Shown here: piece by piece, positions 1 to 9,371 of the stretch
How the letters are laid out: each line of letters starts with the position of its first letter
Numbering within the stretch: position 1 is the first letter of the stretch
NCBI GenBank assembly: GCA_963825055.1
Contig: CAWGSK010000017.1
Location: 23,236 to 87,235 of the forward strand
Origin: an uncultured Gemmatimonadales bacterium
GTDB lineage: Bacteria; Gemmatimonadota; Gemmatimonadetes; Gemmatimonadales; GWC2-71-9
Reading direction: 5' to 3'
Length of the DNA: 64,000 nt
The notes under the pieces: generated by a model
The model's database searches: none
Told to the model about the DNA's origin: nothing
The model's input: only the letters and a program-made list of their open reading frames with translations
Position numbers and translations under genes: made by a program

Positions 1-94
1 AGGTGGGGCGGTGGACTTGTCGCGTCCGATCATGATTGCACCGGGGAAGGGTGCGATCGTCGTGATCAGCGAGTAGACGCCCGACGCCGCCCGG

Positions 95-541
95 TCAGGT
101 GTCCATGACCGGCAACCCGCGGCTGGTGGGGCGGGGGCGTGGCGCCTCCGCGGGCGGGCGGATCGTATGCCAGATGTTCCAGATGAACATCCAGGCGGCC
201 GCCGTTTCCAGGACGCCGCCGGCCGCCAGGAGGGGCGACCCCAGCCGCAGGTGCGGCCGGAGGAAGAACCCGGCCGTCATTGCGGCAAGGCCCAGGTTGG
301 CGGCCCACCAGTTGAGAGCGGCGAGCCGGGGGCTGTGGAGGGGGTTGGCTGCGAAGCGGGGCATGACGTGATATGCCACGCCGAATATCATCATCATGAC
401 GAAGCCCACCAGATTCAGGTGCACGTGGGCGGGGCGGTAGATCACCCAGGCCGGCCGCATCGCCATCGCGAGGCCGAGGGCCGTTCCGAGCCCGAGCCAC
501 GCGAGGCTGGCTCGGATGAAGCGGCGGACAAAGGGGTCCAT
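95..541 (-). CDS. Small polytopic membrane protein, heme-copper oxidase subunit I-like/NnrS-like, in nirK cluster
   Basis: About 4 hydrophobic segments; motif PAHVHLNLVGF...GVAYHVMPRF; ATG overlaps the upstream stop (TGATG). Confidence 0.7.
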   Translation of the reverse strand: MDPFVRRFIRASLAWLGLGTALGLAMAMRPAWVIYRPAHVHLNLVGFVMMMIFGVAYHVMPRFAANPLHSPRLAALNWWAANLGLAAMTAGFFLRPHLRLGSPLLAAGGVLETAAAWMFIWNIWHTIRPPAEAPRPRPTSRGLPVMDT

Positions 542-795
542 CACGCGGCTCCAGTGACCGTCCGGAGTTGCTCCAGCAGAACCTCGATCGTCAGGCCGTG
601 CGCCTGGGCCGCTTTCCCGATGGGAAGGCCGCCGCCGCAGCAGGTGTCGATCCCGGCCCGGGCGAGAATGGGGAGGACCTCCGGGTAGCGCTGGACGACC
701 GAGTTCACGGTCTCGTCAGGCTGGATATTGACTGGCTGTGTCATGAGGGTGTCCGGCAGAGGATGGGCGGCGCCCGGTGCGGACGCCGCGGTCAT
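541..795 (-). CDS. DUF542/ScdA_N-like small protein (N-terminal domain of Ric/YtfE)
   Basis: GIDTCCGGGLPI motif; alternative start at 744. Confidence 0.8.
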   Translation of the reverse strand: MTAASAPGAAHPLPDTLMTQPVNIQPDETVNSVVQRYPEVLPILARAGIDTCCGGGLPIGKAAQAHGLTIEVLLEQLRTVTGAA

Positions 796-798
796 GGG

Positions 799-1806
799 TC
801 AGTGGCTGGCGACGGCCGCGGGATTCCCCACCTTGATGAGTCCCACCGCGCCCTTACTCGCATCAGCGAAGGCGTGCGTTACGAAGGCGTAAGTTCCTTC
901 GCCGCTCTCGCCCTTCGCAAATGTGGTTTCGAACACCGCACCACCGCCGGCGGGGATTTCCCACGTCTGCAGTCCGTGCAGGGCCCGGTCCACCTGGCCG
1001 TCCGGATAGACGGCGTCGAGGATGGTGCCGACGATATGAAACGCGCTGGAGCGGTTCGGCCCGGCATTGACCACAAAGAAGCGGACCCGGTCGCCCTCGT
1101 TCACCGTCAGGGGCGCGGTCCGGTACTGGTCGGCCCGGCCGTTGAACACCACATAGGAGGCGTGGTTCTCGAGCATGGCATTCCAGTCGCCCTGTCGGAC
1201 GGCGCTGTCGGCGGCAGGCGCAGGATAGAACTCGCTCTGCACGAGCACGAACTCCCGGTCCGCCTTCGTGGGCCAGCCGCCCTGGGGGTCCACGATGACG
1301 GGCAGATACATCCCCTGGGCAATATGCATGAGTACGGGTGGCGTTCCGCAGTGCACCAGGAAGGCGCCCGGGGTCGTGGCGGTAAACTCGAAGGTCAGGG
1401 ACTGGCCCGGGGCGATGGTCGCCATTGCATGATCCATCGGGATCCGCGCGGCGTGGAAGTCGATCGAATGCGGCATGTCCTTCGCCTCGTTCACCAGGAC
1501 GATCCGGACCCGGTCGCCCTGGCGCACCCGGATGGCCGGCCCCGGCACCGTCCCGCCGAAGGTCCACCCGGCGTAGCGAACCCCCGGGGCGATCTCGACC
1601 GTATCGTGGGTGATGGGGATCCGGAATTCCTTCAGGTGCGCGCCGCCCGCGGGGGCAAGCCGGGCATCGAAGGCGGGGCTGGTGGCGGTCCGGGTCTGGC
1701 CGAAGTCCACCCGCGCCACTTCCGCATCGTGGCTGGTTGCGGACGTGAAGATCGCCGCGAGGCTGATGACGGTGGCGGCCGAAAGGACGATAGTTGTGCT
1801 GCGCAT
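799..1806 (-). CDS. nirK: Copper-containing nitrite reductase
   Basis: Signal peptide; HSIDFH, HCGTPPVLMHIAQGM, AFHIVG and FVTHAF give the type-1/type-2 Cu ligands and the catalytic Asp/His. Confidence 0.85.
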   Translation of the reverse strand: MRSTTIVLSAATVISLAAIFTSATSHDAEVARVDFGQTRTATSPAFDARLAPAGGAHLKEFRIPITHDTVEIAPGVRYAGWTFGGTVPGPAIRVRQGDRVRIVLVNEAKDMPHSIDFHAARIPMDHAMATIAPGQSLTFEFTATTPGAFLVHCGTPPVLMHIAQGMYLPVIVDPQGGWPTKADREFVLVQSEFYPAPAADSAVRQGDWNAMLENHASYVVFNGRADQYRTAPLTVNEGDRVRFFVVNAGPNRSSAFHIVGTILDAVYPDGQVDRALHGLQTWEIPAGGGAVFETTFAKGESGEGTYAFVTHAFADASKGAVGLIKVGNPAAVASH

Positions 1807-1983
1807 GGTGCCTGCCTGCTGGAGCGTGACGATGCCGGGCCCCTGTGGCGCCGGTACGCAGGCAGGATATCATGAAGAGTCGGAACGTTGCACAAAGGTG
1901 AGATGAAGAAAGCTTCAGGCTCCCATGCCGCCCCCCGCCGTCGGGGGAACCGGCTTCACGAAACATTTTGAAGGGAGGCACTC

Positions 1984-2985
1984 GTGCCCAACCGTCTCCT
2001 CCTGCTCCTCGGCCTCCTGTTGCCGATCGGCCTGGACTACGCGGGTACGGCTCCGATGGTCCCCGCCGCCCCGACCGTCCAGGAGTGGACCGTGCCCTGG
2101 CCGGACACCCGGCCGAGGGATCCCCATGTGGATACGGAGGGGCACGTCTGGTTCGTCGGCCAGACCGGCGACTATATCGGAGTGCTCGATCCTGCCTCCG
2201 GAACGTTCCGCCGCTTCGAGCTGGACCCGGGGACCGGCCCGCACAACCTGATCGTGGGTCCGGACGGGATGGTCTGGTACAGCGGAAACCGGGCGGCCCA
2301 CATCGGCCGGCTGGACCCCGCCAGCGGCAACATCCGCAAGTACCCGATGCCGGACGCCGCCGCGAGGGATCCGCACACTCTCCTCTTCGACAGCCACGGC
2401 ATCATGTGGTTCACCGTGCAGGGCGGCAATTACGCCGGGCGGTTCCGGCCAGCCACGGGCAAGGTGGATCTCGTCAAGGTGCCGACGGCTGGGGCCCGGC
2501 CGTACGGGATCGTCATCGACCGTGACGACCGGCCCTGGATTGCGGAGTTCGGATCGTACAAGCTGGCGACCATTGACCGCAACAACATGGCGCTGCGCGA
2601 GGTGCCGCTGCCCCGCGAGGGGGCACGGCCCCGTCGCCTGGCCCTCACCGGTGGCCGGTTCGTCTGGTACGGGGACTACGTCGGTGGGATGCTGGGGCGC
2701 TACGACCCGGCCTCGGGTGAGTTCCGGGAATGGCCGCTGCCGGCCGGACGGCGGTCCCTGCCGTACGGCATGGCGACGGGGCGCGACGGGAGCGTGTGGA
2801 TCGCGGAAACCGGGCCGCAACCAAACCGGCTGGTCCGGTTCGATCCCGAGACGCAGCGGTTTACGGACACGCTGGAGGTGCCGAGTGGCGGAGGTACGAT
2901 CCGGCACATGATGACCGCCCCCAACGGGGACATCTGGTTCGGGTCCGATGCCAATACGATCGGGAGAATCCGGCCCGGAGGCTGA
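1984..2985 (+). CDS. Vgb (virginiamycin B lyase)-family beta-propeller, secreted
   Basis: Repeated P(H/Y)xxxxxxDGxVWF...IGRLDP blades; signal peptide; SD GGAGG before GTG. Confidence 0.85.
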   Translation: MPNRLLLLLGLLLPIGLDYAGTAPMVPAAPTVQEWTVPWPDTRPRDPHVDTEGHVWFVGQTGDYIGVLDPASGTFRRFELDPGTGPHNLIVGPDGMVWYSGNRAAHIGRLDPASGNIRKYPMPDAAARDPHTLLFDSHGIMWFTVQGGNYAGRFRPATGKVDLVKVPTAGARPYGIVIDRDDRPWIAEFGSYKLATIDRNNMALREVPLPREGARPRRLALTGGRFVWYGDYVGGMLGRYDPASGEFREWPLPAGRRSLPYGMATGRDGSVWIAETGPQPNRLVRFDPETQRFTDTLEVPSGGGTIRHMMTAPNGDIWFGSDANTIGRIRPGG

Positions 2986-3007
2986 TCCGGATTCGAATCC
3001 GGAAAGT

Positions 3008-3044
3008 AGAATGCCCGCCGGTGCTGAGCACCGGCGGGCATTCT
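3008..3044. terminator. Hairpin between convergent genes
   Basis: AGAATGCCCGCCGGTGCT-G-AGCACCGGCGGGCATTCT perfect inverted repeat. Confidence 0.7.
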
Positions 3045-3062
3045 CGTGCAGGGAAACAGGGT

Positions 3063-3872
3063 TTACTGGTCGCAGTGCGCCGGACCCTGGTTGCCGTTGT
3101 TGAAGCTGTCCAGCAGGTCATGCCACGCCAGGAGCTGGGCGTTCGAGTAGCTGGAGCCGGTGAAGTAACTGGTGCCACCGGTAATGGCGGCCTGGACGGC
3201 GCTGCTGGCTGTGGCTCCGTTGGCGACGTTCATCACGGCGGTCATCCACTGGTGCGCCAGCTTGACGTACACGTCCCCGCCCTTCGGGGCCGTGTTGTAC
3301 ATCTGGAGCCAGGTCTTGCCGCTCGTGAAGAACGGATTGCCCGGGGCATACCCCGACGGCCAGCGGCTCAGCGTGTTCTTATAGCCGCCCTGGGTGTAGG
3401 TGCAGCCCGCCTGGGCGGGGACGTTGTAGAACTCGGCGCGTGATCCCTCCTCCAGCGACACCGGGCCCGTGACCGTGTTCGTGCTCCAGAGCGTCTGGGT
3501 GGTCACCGTCGGCGGCGTGTCCAGTCGCGGGCCGATGTAGGTGGTGAACACGATCCGGTCCAGCGTGTAGGCGGACGACGTATGTTCCGTGACCGTCACC
3601 TCGTCCCGCGGGAACGCAGCGTGGGTGTGCACGACCTGGCAGTCTCCGTCGCCGAGCGTGACCTCGGTGGCGGTTCCGCCATTGATACTCACGTCGAACA
3701 CGGCCCTGCTCCCGTATTTGCACAACTCGAACACCTGCCGGCCCAGATTGCCGGCCACGAAGCTCGGGGCGAGCGGGGAGCCGCCACTCCCGCCGTCCGT
3801 ACAGCCGAGGACCGTGAGGAGCGCAACTGCGGGAGTGAGACGTGCAAGCGACTGGAACCATACCTTGCGCAT
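3063..3872 (-). CDS. Hypothetical lipoprotein, paralog 1 (C-terminal GCTYTQGGYKN...GPAHC domain)
   Basis: SD GGAGG, start MRKVWFQ, lipobox-like VLGC; C-terminal ~100 aa nearly identical to neighbouring paralog. Confidence 0.8.
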   Translation of the reverse strand: MRKVWFQSLARLTPAVALLTVLGCTDGGSGGSPLAPSFVAGNLGRQVFELCKYGSRAVFDVSINGGTATEVTLGDGDCQVVHTHAAFPRDEVTVTEHTSSAYTLDRIVFTTYIGPRLDTPPTVTTQTLWSTNTVTGPVSLEEGSRAEFYNVPAQAGCTYTQGGYKNTLSRWPSGYAPGNPFFTSGKTWLQMYNTAPKGGDVYVKLAHQWMTAVMNVANGATASSAVQAAITGGTSYFTGSSYSNAQLLAWHDLLDSFNNGNQGPAHCDQ

Positions 3873-3976
3873 GGAACCTCCTGGGGGCTGCAGGCCTTCT
3901 GCTGATGGAGAGGGCGGGGATCCCCGCCGGGATGTTCTCGGCCGGGCTGCTGGCCGATAGGGGTACTGCAAGAATC

Positions 3977-4033
3977 TGCATTATCCGGGCCGGTGCCGCA
4001 TGCGGATGTAAGTCAATAATTCTCAGTATCTTG
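3977..4033 (-). promoter_or_regulatory. Weak sigma54-like -24/-12 element plus IHF-like site
   Basis: CGGCCCGGATAATGCA (GG-N10-GC) at 3992-3977; AT-rich GTAAGTCAATAATTCTCAGTATCTTG at 4008-4033. Confidence 0.4.
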
Positions 4034-4104
4034 TGTCCGATACCCACCGCTTCCTGTCTAAGGCTGGCGTGCCACATGTGGCGAGGACTCTCCAGCAAGG
4101 GCAG

Positions 4105-4142
4105 AAAAAAGCCCGCCGGCGCGATGCGCCGGCGGGCTTTTT
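4105..4142 (-). terminator. Rho-independent terminator after paralog 2
   Basis: AAAAAAGCCCGCCGGCGC-GAT-GCGCCGGCGGGCTTTTT: GC stem with U tract on both strands. Confidence 0.85.
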
Positions 4143-4161
4143 CAGGTCCTGAACCGGAGGT

Positions 4162-4990
4162 TCAATCGTCGCAGTGCGCCGGACCCTGGTTGCCGTTGTT
4201 GAAACTGTCGAGCAGGTCGTGCCAGGCGAGCAACTGGCTCTTCGACGGGCTGGTCGAGCCACTGAAATACGATTCCGCACCTGCGATGGCGGCCTGCACC
4301 GATGCATGTTGCGGTGGCGCCGTTCACGATGTTCATCTTGGCGGCCATGTACTGGTGCGCCAGCTTGACGTACACATCCCCGCCCTTCGGGGGCGTGTTG
4401 AACATCTCGAGCCACGTCTTGCCGCTTCCGTAGAAGGCCGCGTTCGGGTCGTAGCCGGCCGGCCAGCGGCTCAGGGTGTTCTTGTAGCCGCCCTGGGTGT
4501 AGGTGCAGCCCCCGGTCGTTGGCACCCGCACGTTGTAGAACGCGATCGAAGCTCCGGTTTCAAGACCGACCTGCCCCGTCGCGCTCGGTCCAGCCGGGTT
4601 GGTGACGGTAACCGTCGGATTCAGGTCGGTGTTGCGGACATACTGGTACTGGGTCAGCACGATGTGGTCCAGGGCGTAACCCGCGTCGGCGGAGACCTCG
4701 GTCACCGCGACGTCGATGGGGGTTGCTGCGGTCCCGGCCGCACTGTTGGTGTAGATGGTCTGGCACTCGCCATCGGTCAGGGCGAACCCCGTCTGGGCCG
4801 TTCCGTTGACGGTCCAGCTGAATGAGGCGCCGGAGCCGTACTTGCAGACCTCGACGTGTGTCCGGGCGTTTGAACCGCTGAGAACGAACTCCGGTCCGGC
4901 AGGCGAAGTGACGTCGCCGGCCTGGCAACCGAGAGCGGCGAGAGCGCCGAGCGCGGCAAGGGGGATGGTGCGCATAATGGTACGAGACAT
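4162..4990 (-). CDS. Hypothetical lipoprotein, paralog 2, with frameshift near 4305
   Basis: SD GGAG, MSRTIMR, lipobox ALGC; shifting frame near 4305 restores ASVQAAIAGAESYF...LLAWHDLLDSFNNGNQGPAHCDD*, matching paralog 1. Confidence 0.8.
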
Positions 4991-5042
4991 GGCGATCTCC
5001 TGAAGTGTGACCGAGTTGCCCGTGACGGGCGGACGACCCACA

Positions 5043-5120
5043 TTCAGGCAGCCGGGCGGTCTCGGGATGAGATCCCTGGCTTTGCGAACCGGTCTCGCGA
5101 CCGGGTTGCCCTTGTCAGAA
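5043..5120 (-). ncRNA. Cyclic di-GMP-I (GEMM-I) riboswitch
   Basis: Minus strand ACAAGGGCAACCCGGTC-GCGA-GACCGGTTCGCAAAGCCAGGGATCTC-ATCCC-GAGACCGCCCGGCTGCCTGAA: GGGCAA start, GNRA-capped P2, GCAAAG junction, second stem; in the leader about 50 nt before the start codon. Confidence 0.85.
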
Positions 5121-5140
5121 GTGGAGACTGAGCGCTATGA

Positions 5141-5197
5141 AGCACATCCCGCGCCACCAGCCTCACGTTCAGAAAGCATTGTATGCCAACGACTTAC
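5141..5197 (-). promoter_or_regulatory. Sigma54-like -24/-12 promoter with upstream IHF-like site
   Basis: TGGCGCGGGATGTGCT at 5156-5141; predicted +1 near 5130, just before the riboswitch; CAACGACTTA (CAAnnnnTTR) within 5172-5197. Confidence 0.6.
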
Positions 5198-5417
5198 TAG
5201 TCGTACAGGCTTGCTCGACACCGCAGCACTGTTCACCGGCGCCCCACCGCAATGTTGCGCGATTCCAACAGCGAGTCCTTCGGGTGGAGCTGAATGTCGC
5301 GACGGGCCTTCGCCTGCATCTCACGGTTCCCGTGACAGAACTCACGGCATGAGGCCGCCCTCCTGGCGTAGGTAGGAGAGGACCATCTGCTCTGGTCCCA
5401 TCCCGTCCGGAGGCACC

Positions 5418-5855
5418 ATGCAGCTCCAGGAAATCATGACGGCCGGCATCCATGCCGTCGATCGCAGGTCTCAGGTGCACGACGCCGCTTCAAGCATGCG
5501 TGAGCATCACGTGGGAATGGTCGCGGTCTGCGACGATGGCGTCGTGGTCGGCGTCATCACGGACCGCGACATCGCGCTTCGCGTCACGGCGGAGTCCCGT
5601 GGGTCTTCCACACCGGTCGGCGACGTGATGACGGGCGACGTCACCTGCGTGTATGCCGACACTCCGATCGAGGATGCTGCCCGCCTGATGGAGGAACGCC
5701 AGATCCGTCGGCTGCTCGTGATGGACCGCGAACAGCGCATTCGGGGGATGGTCAGCCTCGGCGACGTCGCGGGCCGCGCCCACCATCCTGACCTCGCGGG
5801 TCGGGTCATTGAGCATCTGTACGAGCGTCCGGAGCCGATGGTCCAGCACTCGTGA
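5418..5855 (+). CDS. CBS domain-containing protein
   Basis: Tandem CBS pair: GVITDRDI, QIRRLLV, GMVSLGD; SD GGAGG. Confidence 0.92.
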   Translation: MQLQEIMTAGIHAVDRRSQVHDAASSMREHHVGMVAVCDDGVVVGVITDRDIALRVTAESRGSSTPVGDVMTGDVTCVYADTPIEDAARLMEERQIRRLLVMDREQRIRGMVSLGDVAGRAHHPDLAGRVIEHLYERPEPMVQHS

Positions 5856-8749
5856 GCCCGGGATCGTTCCGCACGGCACGCCCCCACGGACAGCCGGAAC
5901 GGTCGCAGCCCCCCGGCGAACGAGCGGGCGGCGTGCCGATCGACAAGGGAACCCGAGCCCTCTACGCCACGGACGGTTCCAACTACCGCCAGGCGCCGCT
6001 GGGCGTGGTCCTTCCGCGTACGGTCGAGGACGTCATCGCGACGGTTCATGCGGCCCGCGAACACGGGGCGCCTGTCTGCCGCGGAGCGCGGCACCAGCCG
6101 GCGGGACAATACTGCAATACCGCCGTCGTCATGGACATGTCACGGTATCTCCACCATGTGCGGGAGATCGATCCCGCCCGTCACCTGGCGCGGGTCGAAC
6201 CCGGCACGATCCTGGACGACCTGCGCCGGCAGGCCCGGGCCCACGGTCTCACCTTCGGACCCGACCCGGCCACGCATACGCACTGTACGCTGGGCGGGAT
6301 GATCGGCAACAACTCCTGTGGTATCCATTCCGTGATGGCCGGCCGGACCGTGGACAACGTGGAGCGGCTGGACGTGCTCACGTGGCGGGGACTCCGCCTG
6401 GATGTCGGGCCGACAGGAGAGGAGGAGCTGAAGGCCATCATCGAGCAGGGTGGGGAGCGGGGGGAGATCTACCGCCGCCTGCGCGACCTGCGCGACCGGT
6501 ACGCCGGCCTCATCCGTGAGCGCTACCCGTCGATCCCGCGCCGGGTCTCGGGCTACAATCTGGACCAGCTGCTGCCGGAGAACGGGTTCCAGGTTGCCAG
6601 GGCACTCGTCGGCACGGAGGCGACCTGCGTCACGGTTCTCGAGGCCACGGTACGCCTGGTCCGGAACCCCGGCGCGCGCTCGCTGGTGGTCCTGGGCTAC
6701 CCCGACGTGTATCAGGCCGGCGATGCGGTGCCGTTCATCATGGAACACCAGCCGATCGGCCTGGAGGGGATTGATGACCGCCTGGTTGGCTACATGCGCT
6801 CCAAGGGCCTGCACCCCGATAATGTCGACCTCCTCCCCGACGGGCGGGGCTGGCTGCTGGTCGAGTTCGGTGGCGACGACAAGGAGGAGAGCGACGGTTT
6901 CGCCCGCCGCCTCATGCAGGCCCTCGAGGGGCGGGGAGATGCTCCCAGCATGAAGCTCTTCGACGATGAGCAGGCCGAGGCGAAGCTCTGGGAGGTCCGG
7001 GAATCGGGACTTGGCGCCACCGCCGTCGTGCCGGGCGAGGCACGGACCTGGCCGGGCTGGGAAGACGCGGCCGTGCCGCCCGAATCCGTTGGCGACTATC
7101 TGCGCGACTTCCGCGCCCTGCTGGACCGCTATGGCTATGAGTGCGCGCTCTACGGCCACTTCGGACAGGGCTGCATACACGTGCGGATCGATTTTGACCT
7201 CCGCACCCGGCCGGGCATCGACACCTACCTCGCGTTCATCGATGAGGCCGCCGATCTGGTCGTGTCGTATGGCGGGTCCCTCTCGGGAGAACACGGGGAC
7301 GGGCAGTCACGCGGCGCACTCCTGCCGAAAATGTTCGGCGAGGAACTCGTCGGAGCGTTCCGCGAATTCAAGGCGATCTGGGATCCCGATGGAATGATGA
7401 ACCCCGGCAAGGTGGTGGATCCCGCCGCCCCTGACGAACATCTCCGGCTGGGTACGGACTATGATCCCCACCCCGGTGACACCGCATTTGCCTGGCCGCA
7501 CGACAACGGAAGCTTCGCGCATGCGACCCTGCGATGCGTCGGGGTCGGGAAATGCCGCCGCCTGGAGAGTGACGGCACCATGTGCCCGAGCTACATGGTG
7601 ACCCGGGAGGAGCAGCACTCCACCCGCGGCCGGGCGCGCCTGCTCTTCGAGATGCTGCAGGGCGACGTGATCACGGACAAGTGGAAGGACCGGTCCGTGC
7701 ATGAAGCGCTCGACCTCTGCCTGGCGTGCAAGGGCTGCCTGCACGACTGTCCGGTGAACGTGGACATGGCGACCTACAAGGCCGAGTTCTACAGCCACTA
7801 TTACCGGCACCATCTGCGGCCACGGGACGCCTGGGCGTTCGGACTCATCCCCTACTGGGCCCGCCTGGCGGCGCCCATCGCCGGCTTCGCCAACGCCATC
7901 ACGCGTACCCCCGGCCTCTCGGCGGTCGCGCACTGGCTGGCCAACGTGGCGCCGGAGCGGAATATTCCCGCCTTCGCGAAGGAGCCCTTCACGAAATGGT
8001 TTCACCGCAGGGCGCGAAGAGAGGAGGGCGGCGACCCCGTCTTCCTCTATGCGGACACCTTCAACAACTATTTCCATCCCGACACGGCCCGGGCGGCCGT
8101 GCAGGTGCTCGAGACCGCCGGCTGCGAGGTGCATGTGCCCAGCCGGTGGCTCTGCTGCGGGCGTCCGCTCTACGAGTACGGCATGGTGGACCGCGCCCGA
8201 GGGCTGCTGCGCCGGACCCTGGACGGGCTGCGCGACCCGATCCGGGCGGGCATGCCTGTCGTCGTGCTGGAGCCAAGTTGCCTGACGACATTTCATGACG
8301 AGCTGCCCAATCTGTTCCCCAACGACGAAGACGCCCGCCGCCTCAGCCACCAGGCGGTCAGCCTCGGCGATTTCCTGGCCCAACGGGACTGGACGCCGCC
8401 GGCGCTGGACCGTGAGGCGCTGTTCCACGGCCACTGCCACCAGAAGGCGGTGCTGGGATACGAGGGAGAGCGGACGGTGCTGGACCGGATGGGAGTCGCG
8501 TGCACCGAGCCGGAGACCGGATGCTGCGGCATGGCGGGCGCGTTCGGGTTCACCCGGGGGAAGTACGGGGTGTCCGTCGCCGTCGGAGAGCGGCACCTGC
8601 TTCCGGCCATCCGGGAGGCACCCGGGAACCGGCTGGTTCTCGCCGACGGTTTCAGCTGCCGTGCGCAAATCAGCCAGTGTACGGGGCGGAAGGCGCTCCA
8701 TTTCGCCGAAGTGATCGGGATGGGGCTGGAGGCGGCGAGTAGCAAGTAG
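5852..8749 (+). CDS. FAD-linked oxidase with C-terminal Fe-S/CCG domains (YdiJ/D-lactate dehydrogenase-like)
   Basis: LYATDGSNY, TLGGMIGNNSCG, SGEHGDG, CVGVGKC, CLACKGCLHDCP, HGHCHQ, CCGMAGAFG; locally garbled around 6070-6110. Confidence 0.9.
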   Translation: MSPGSFRTARPHGQPERSQPPGERAGGVPIDKGTRALYATDGSNYRQAPLGVVLPRTVEDVIATVHAAREHGAPVCRGARHQPAGQYCNTAVVMDMSRYLHHVREIDPARHLARVEPGTILDDLRRQARAHGLTFGPDPATHTHCTLGGMIGNNSCGIHSVMAGRTVDNVERLDVLTWRGLRLDVGPTGEEELKAIIEQGGERGEIYRRLRDLRDRYAGLIRERYPSIPRRVSGYNLDQLLPENGFQVARALVGTEATCVTVLEATVRLVRNPGARSLVVLGYPDVYQAGDAVPFIMEHQPIGLEGIDDRLVGYMRSKGLHPDNVDLLPDGRGWLLVEFGGDDKEESDGFARRLMQALEGRGDAPSMKLFDDEQAEAKLWEVRESGLGATAVVPGEARTWPGWEDAAVPPESVGDYLRDFRALLDRYGYECALYGHFGQGCIHVRIDFDLRTRPGIDTYLAFIDEAADLVVSYGGSLSGEHGDGQSRGALLPKMFGEELVGAFREFKAIWDPDGMMNPGKVVDPAAPDEHLRLGTDYDPHPGDTAFAWPHDNGSFAHATLRCVGVGKCRRLESDGTMCPSYMVTREEQHSTRGRARLLFEMLQGDVITDKWKDRSVHEALDLCLACKGCLHDCPVNVDMATYKAEFYSHYYRHHLRPRDAWAFGLIPYWARLAAPIAGFANAITRTPGLSAVAHWLANVAPERNIPAFAKEPFTKWFHRRARREEGGDPVFLYADTFNNYFHPDTARAAVQVLETAGCEVHVPSRWLCCGRPLYEYGMVDRARGLLRRTLDGLRDPIRAGMPVVVLEPSCLTTFHDELPNLFPNDEDARRLSHQAVSLGDFLAQRDWTPPALDREALFHGHCHQKAVLGYEGERTVLDRMGVACTEPETGCCGMAGAFGFTRGKYGVSVAVGERHLLPAIREAPGNRLVLADGFSCRAQISQCTGRKALHFAEVIGMGLEAASSK

Positions 8750-8795
8750 CAAGTGGTAAGTGGTAGGTGGTAAGTGGTGAGTGATGAATAGTGAG
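8737..8795. repeat. Degenerate heptamer tandem tract (AAGTAGC/AAGTGGT)
   Basis: Read directly; contains the stop codon of the upstream gene. Confidence 0.75.
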
Positions 8796-8807
8796 AGGAG
8801 TGGCGAG

Positions 8808-9194
8808 GTGCAGACACGCGTACTGCAGGACAAGCCCGGGGAACGAGTGTTCCTCCTGGCGTTCGACAAGGGCGACAACCCGCCCGAGCTCCTGACCTCA
8901 TTCGTCGGGGAACGGAACATCCGGGCCGGACGCCTGACGGCGATAGGGGCGTTCAGCGAGGCGACCCTCGGCTATTTCGACCGTGAGAAGAAGGATTACG
9001 TGAAGATTCCCATCCGGGAGCAGGTGGAGGTCCTCGCGCTGACGGGCAACGTGGCGTGGCACGACGGACAGCCGAAGGTGCATGCCCACGTGGTCGTGGG
9101 GAAGCGTGACGGCACCGCCCACGGGGGGCATCTGCTGGAGGCCAGGGTCTGGCCCACACTGGAAGTCTCGCTGGTAGAGGCGCAGGGAGAATGA
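8808..9194 (+). CDS. PPC/DUF296 domain protein
   Basis: AIGAF, EVLALTGNVA, HAHVVVG, GGHLLEARVWPTLEV; SD GAGGAG before GTG. Confidence 0.88.
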   Translation: MQTRVLQDKPGERVFLLAFDKGDNPPELLTSFVGERNIRAGRLTAIGAFSEATLGYFDREKKDYVKIPIREQVEVLALTGNVAWHDGQPKVHAHVVVGKRDGTAHGGHLLEARVWPTLEVSLVEAQGE

Positions 9195-9370
9195 GGCGGA
9201 CCAGGGAAGAGGGGACAGGGTGCCGTTGCGGCAGGGGTAGGAAGGGGGAATGGGGAGTAGGCCGTAGGGAGTAGGGAGTAGGCAGGAGCCTGAGAGGAAA
9301 TTACTTTCCCGATGATTCCCGTTCGCCTTATCCCTCTTCCCTTTTGCCTCTTCCCTGTTCCCTTTCCTGT
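9195..9370. repeat. Bipartite purine-rich (GTAGGGA)n / pyrimidine-rich (TTCCCYT)n tract
   Basis: Read directly. Confidence 0.7.
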
Positions 9371-9371
9371 C

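Noticed and set aside
1..33. Possible start of a further minus-strand gene (MIGRDKSTAPP)
   Set aside because: Only 11 codons in the window; cannot be supported.
1807..1983. FNR/NnrR box upstream of nirK
   Set aside because: No convincing TTGAT-N4-ATCAA match seen.
1984..2985. Streptogramin resistance gene
   Set aside because: Vgb-like propellers are widespread; this one is secreted and has no resistance or mobile context.
3063..4500. Diversity-generating retroelement TR/VR pair (also 59197-59306 versus 60539-60650)
   Set aside because: Differences are not adenine-specific and no reverse transcriptase is present; ordinary paralogy explains them.
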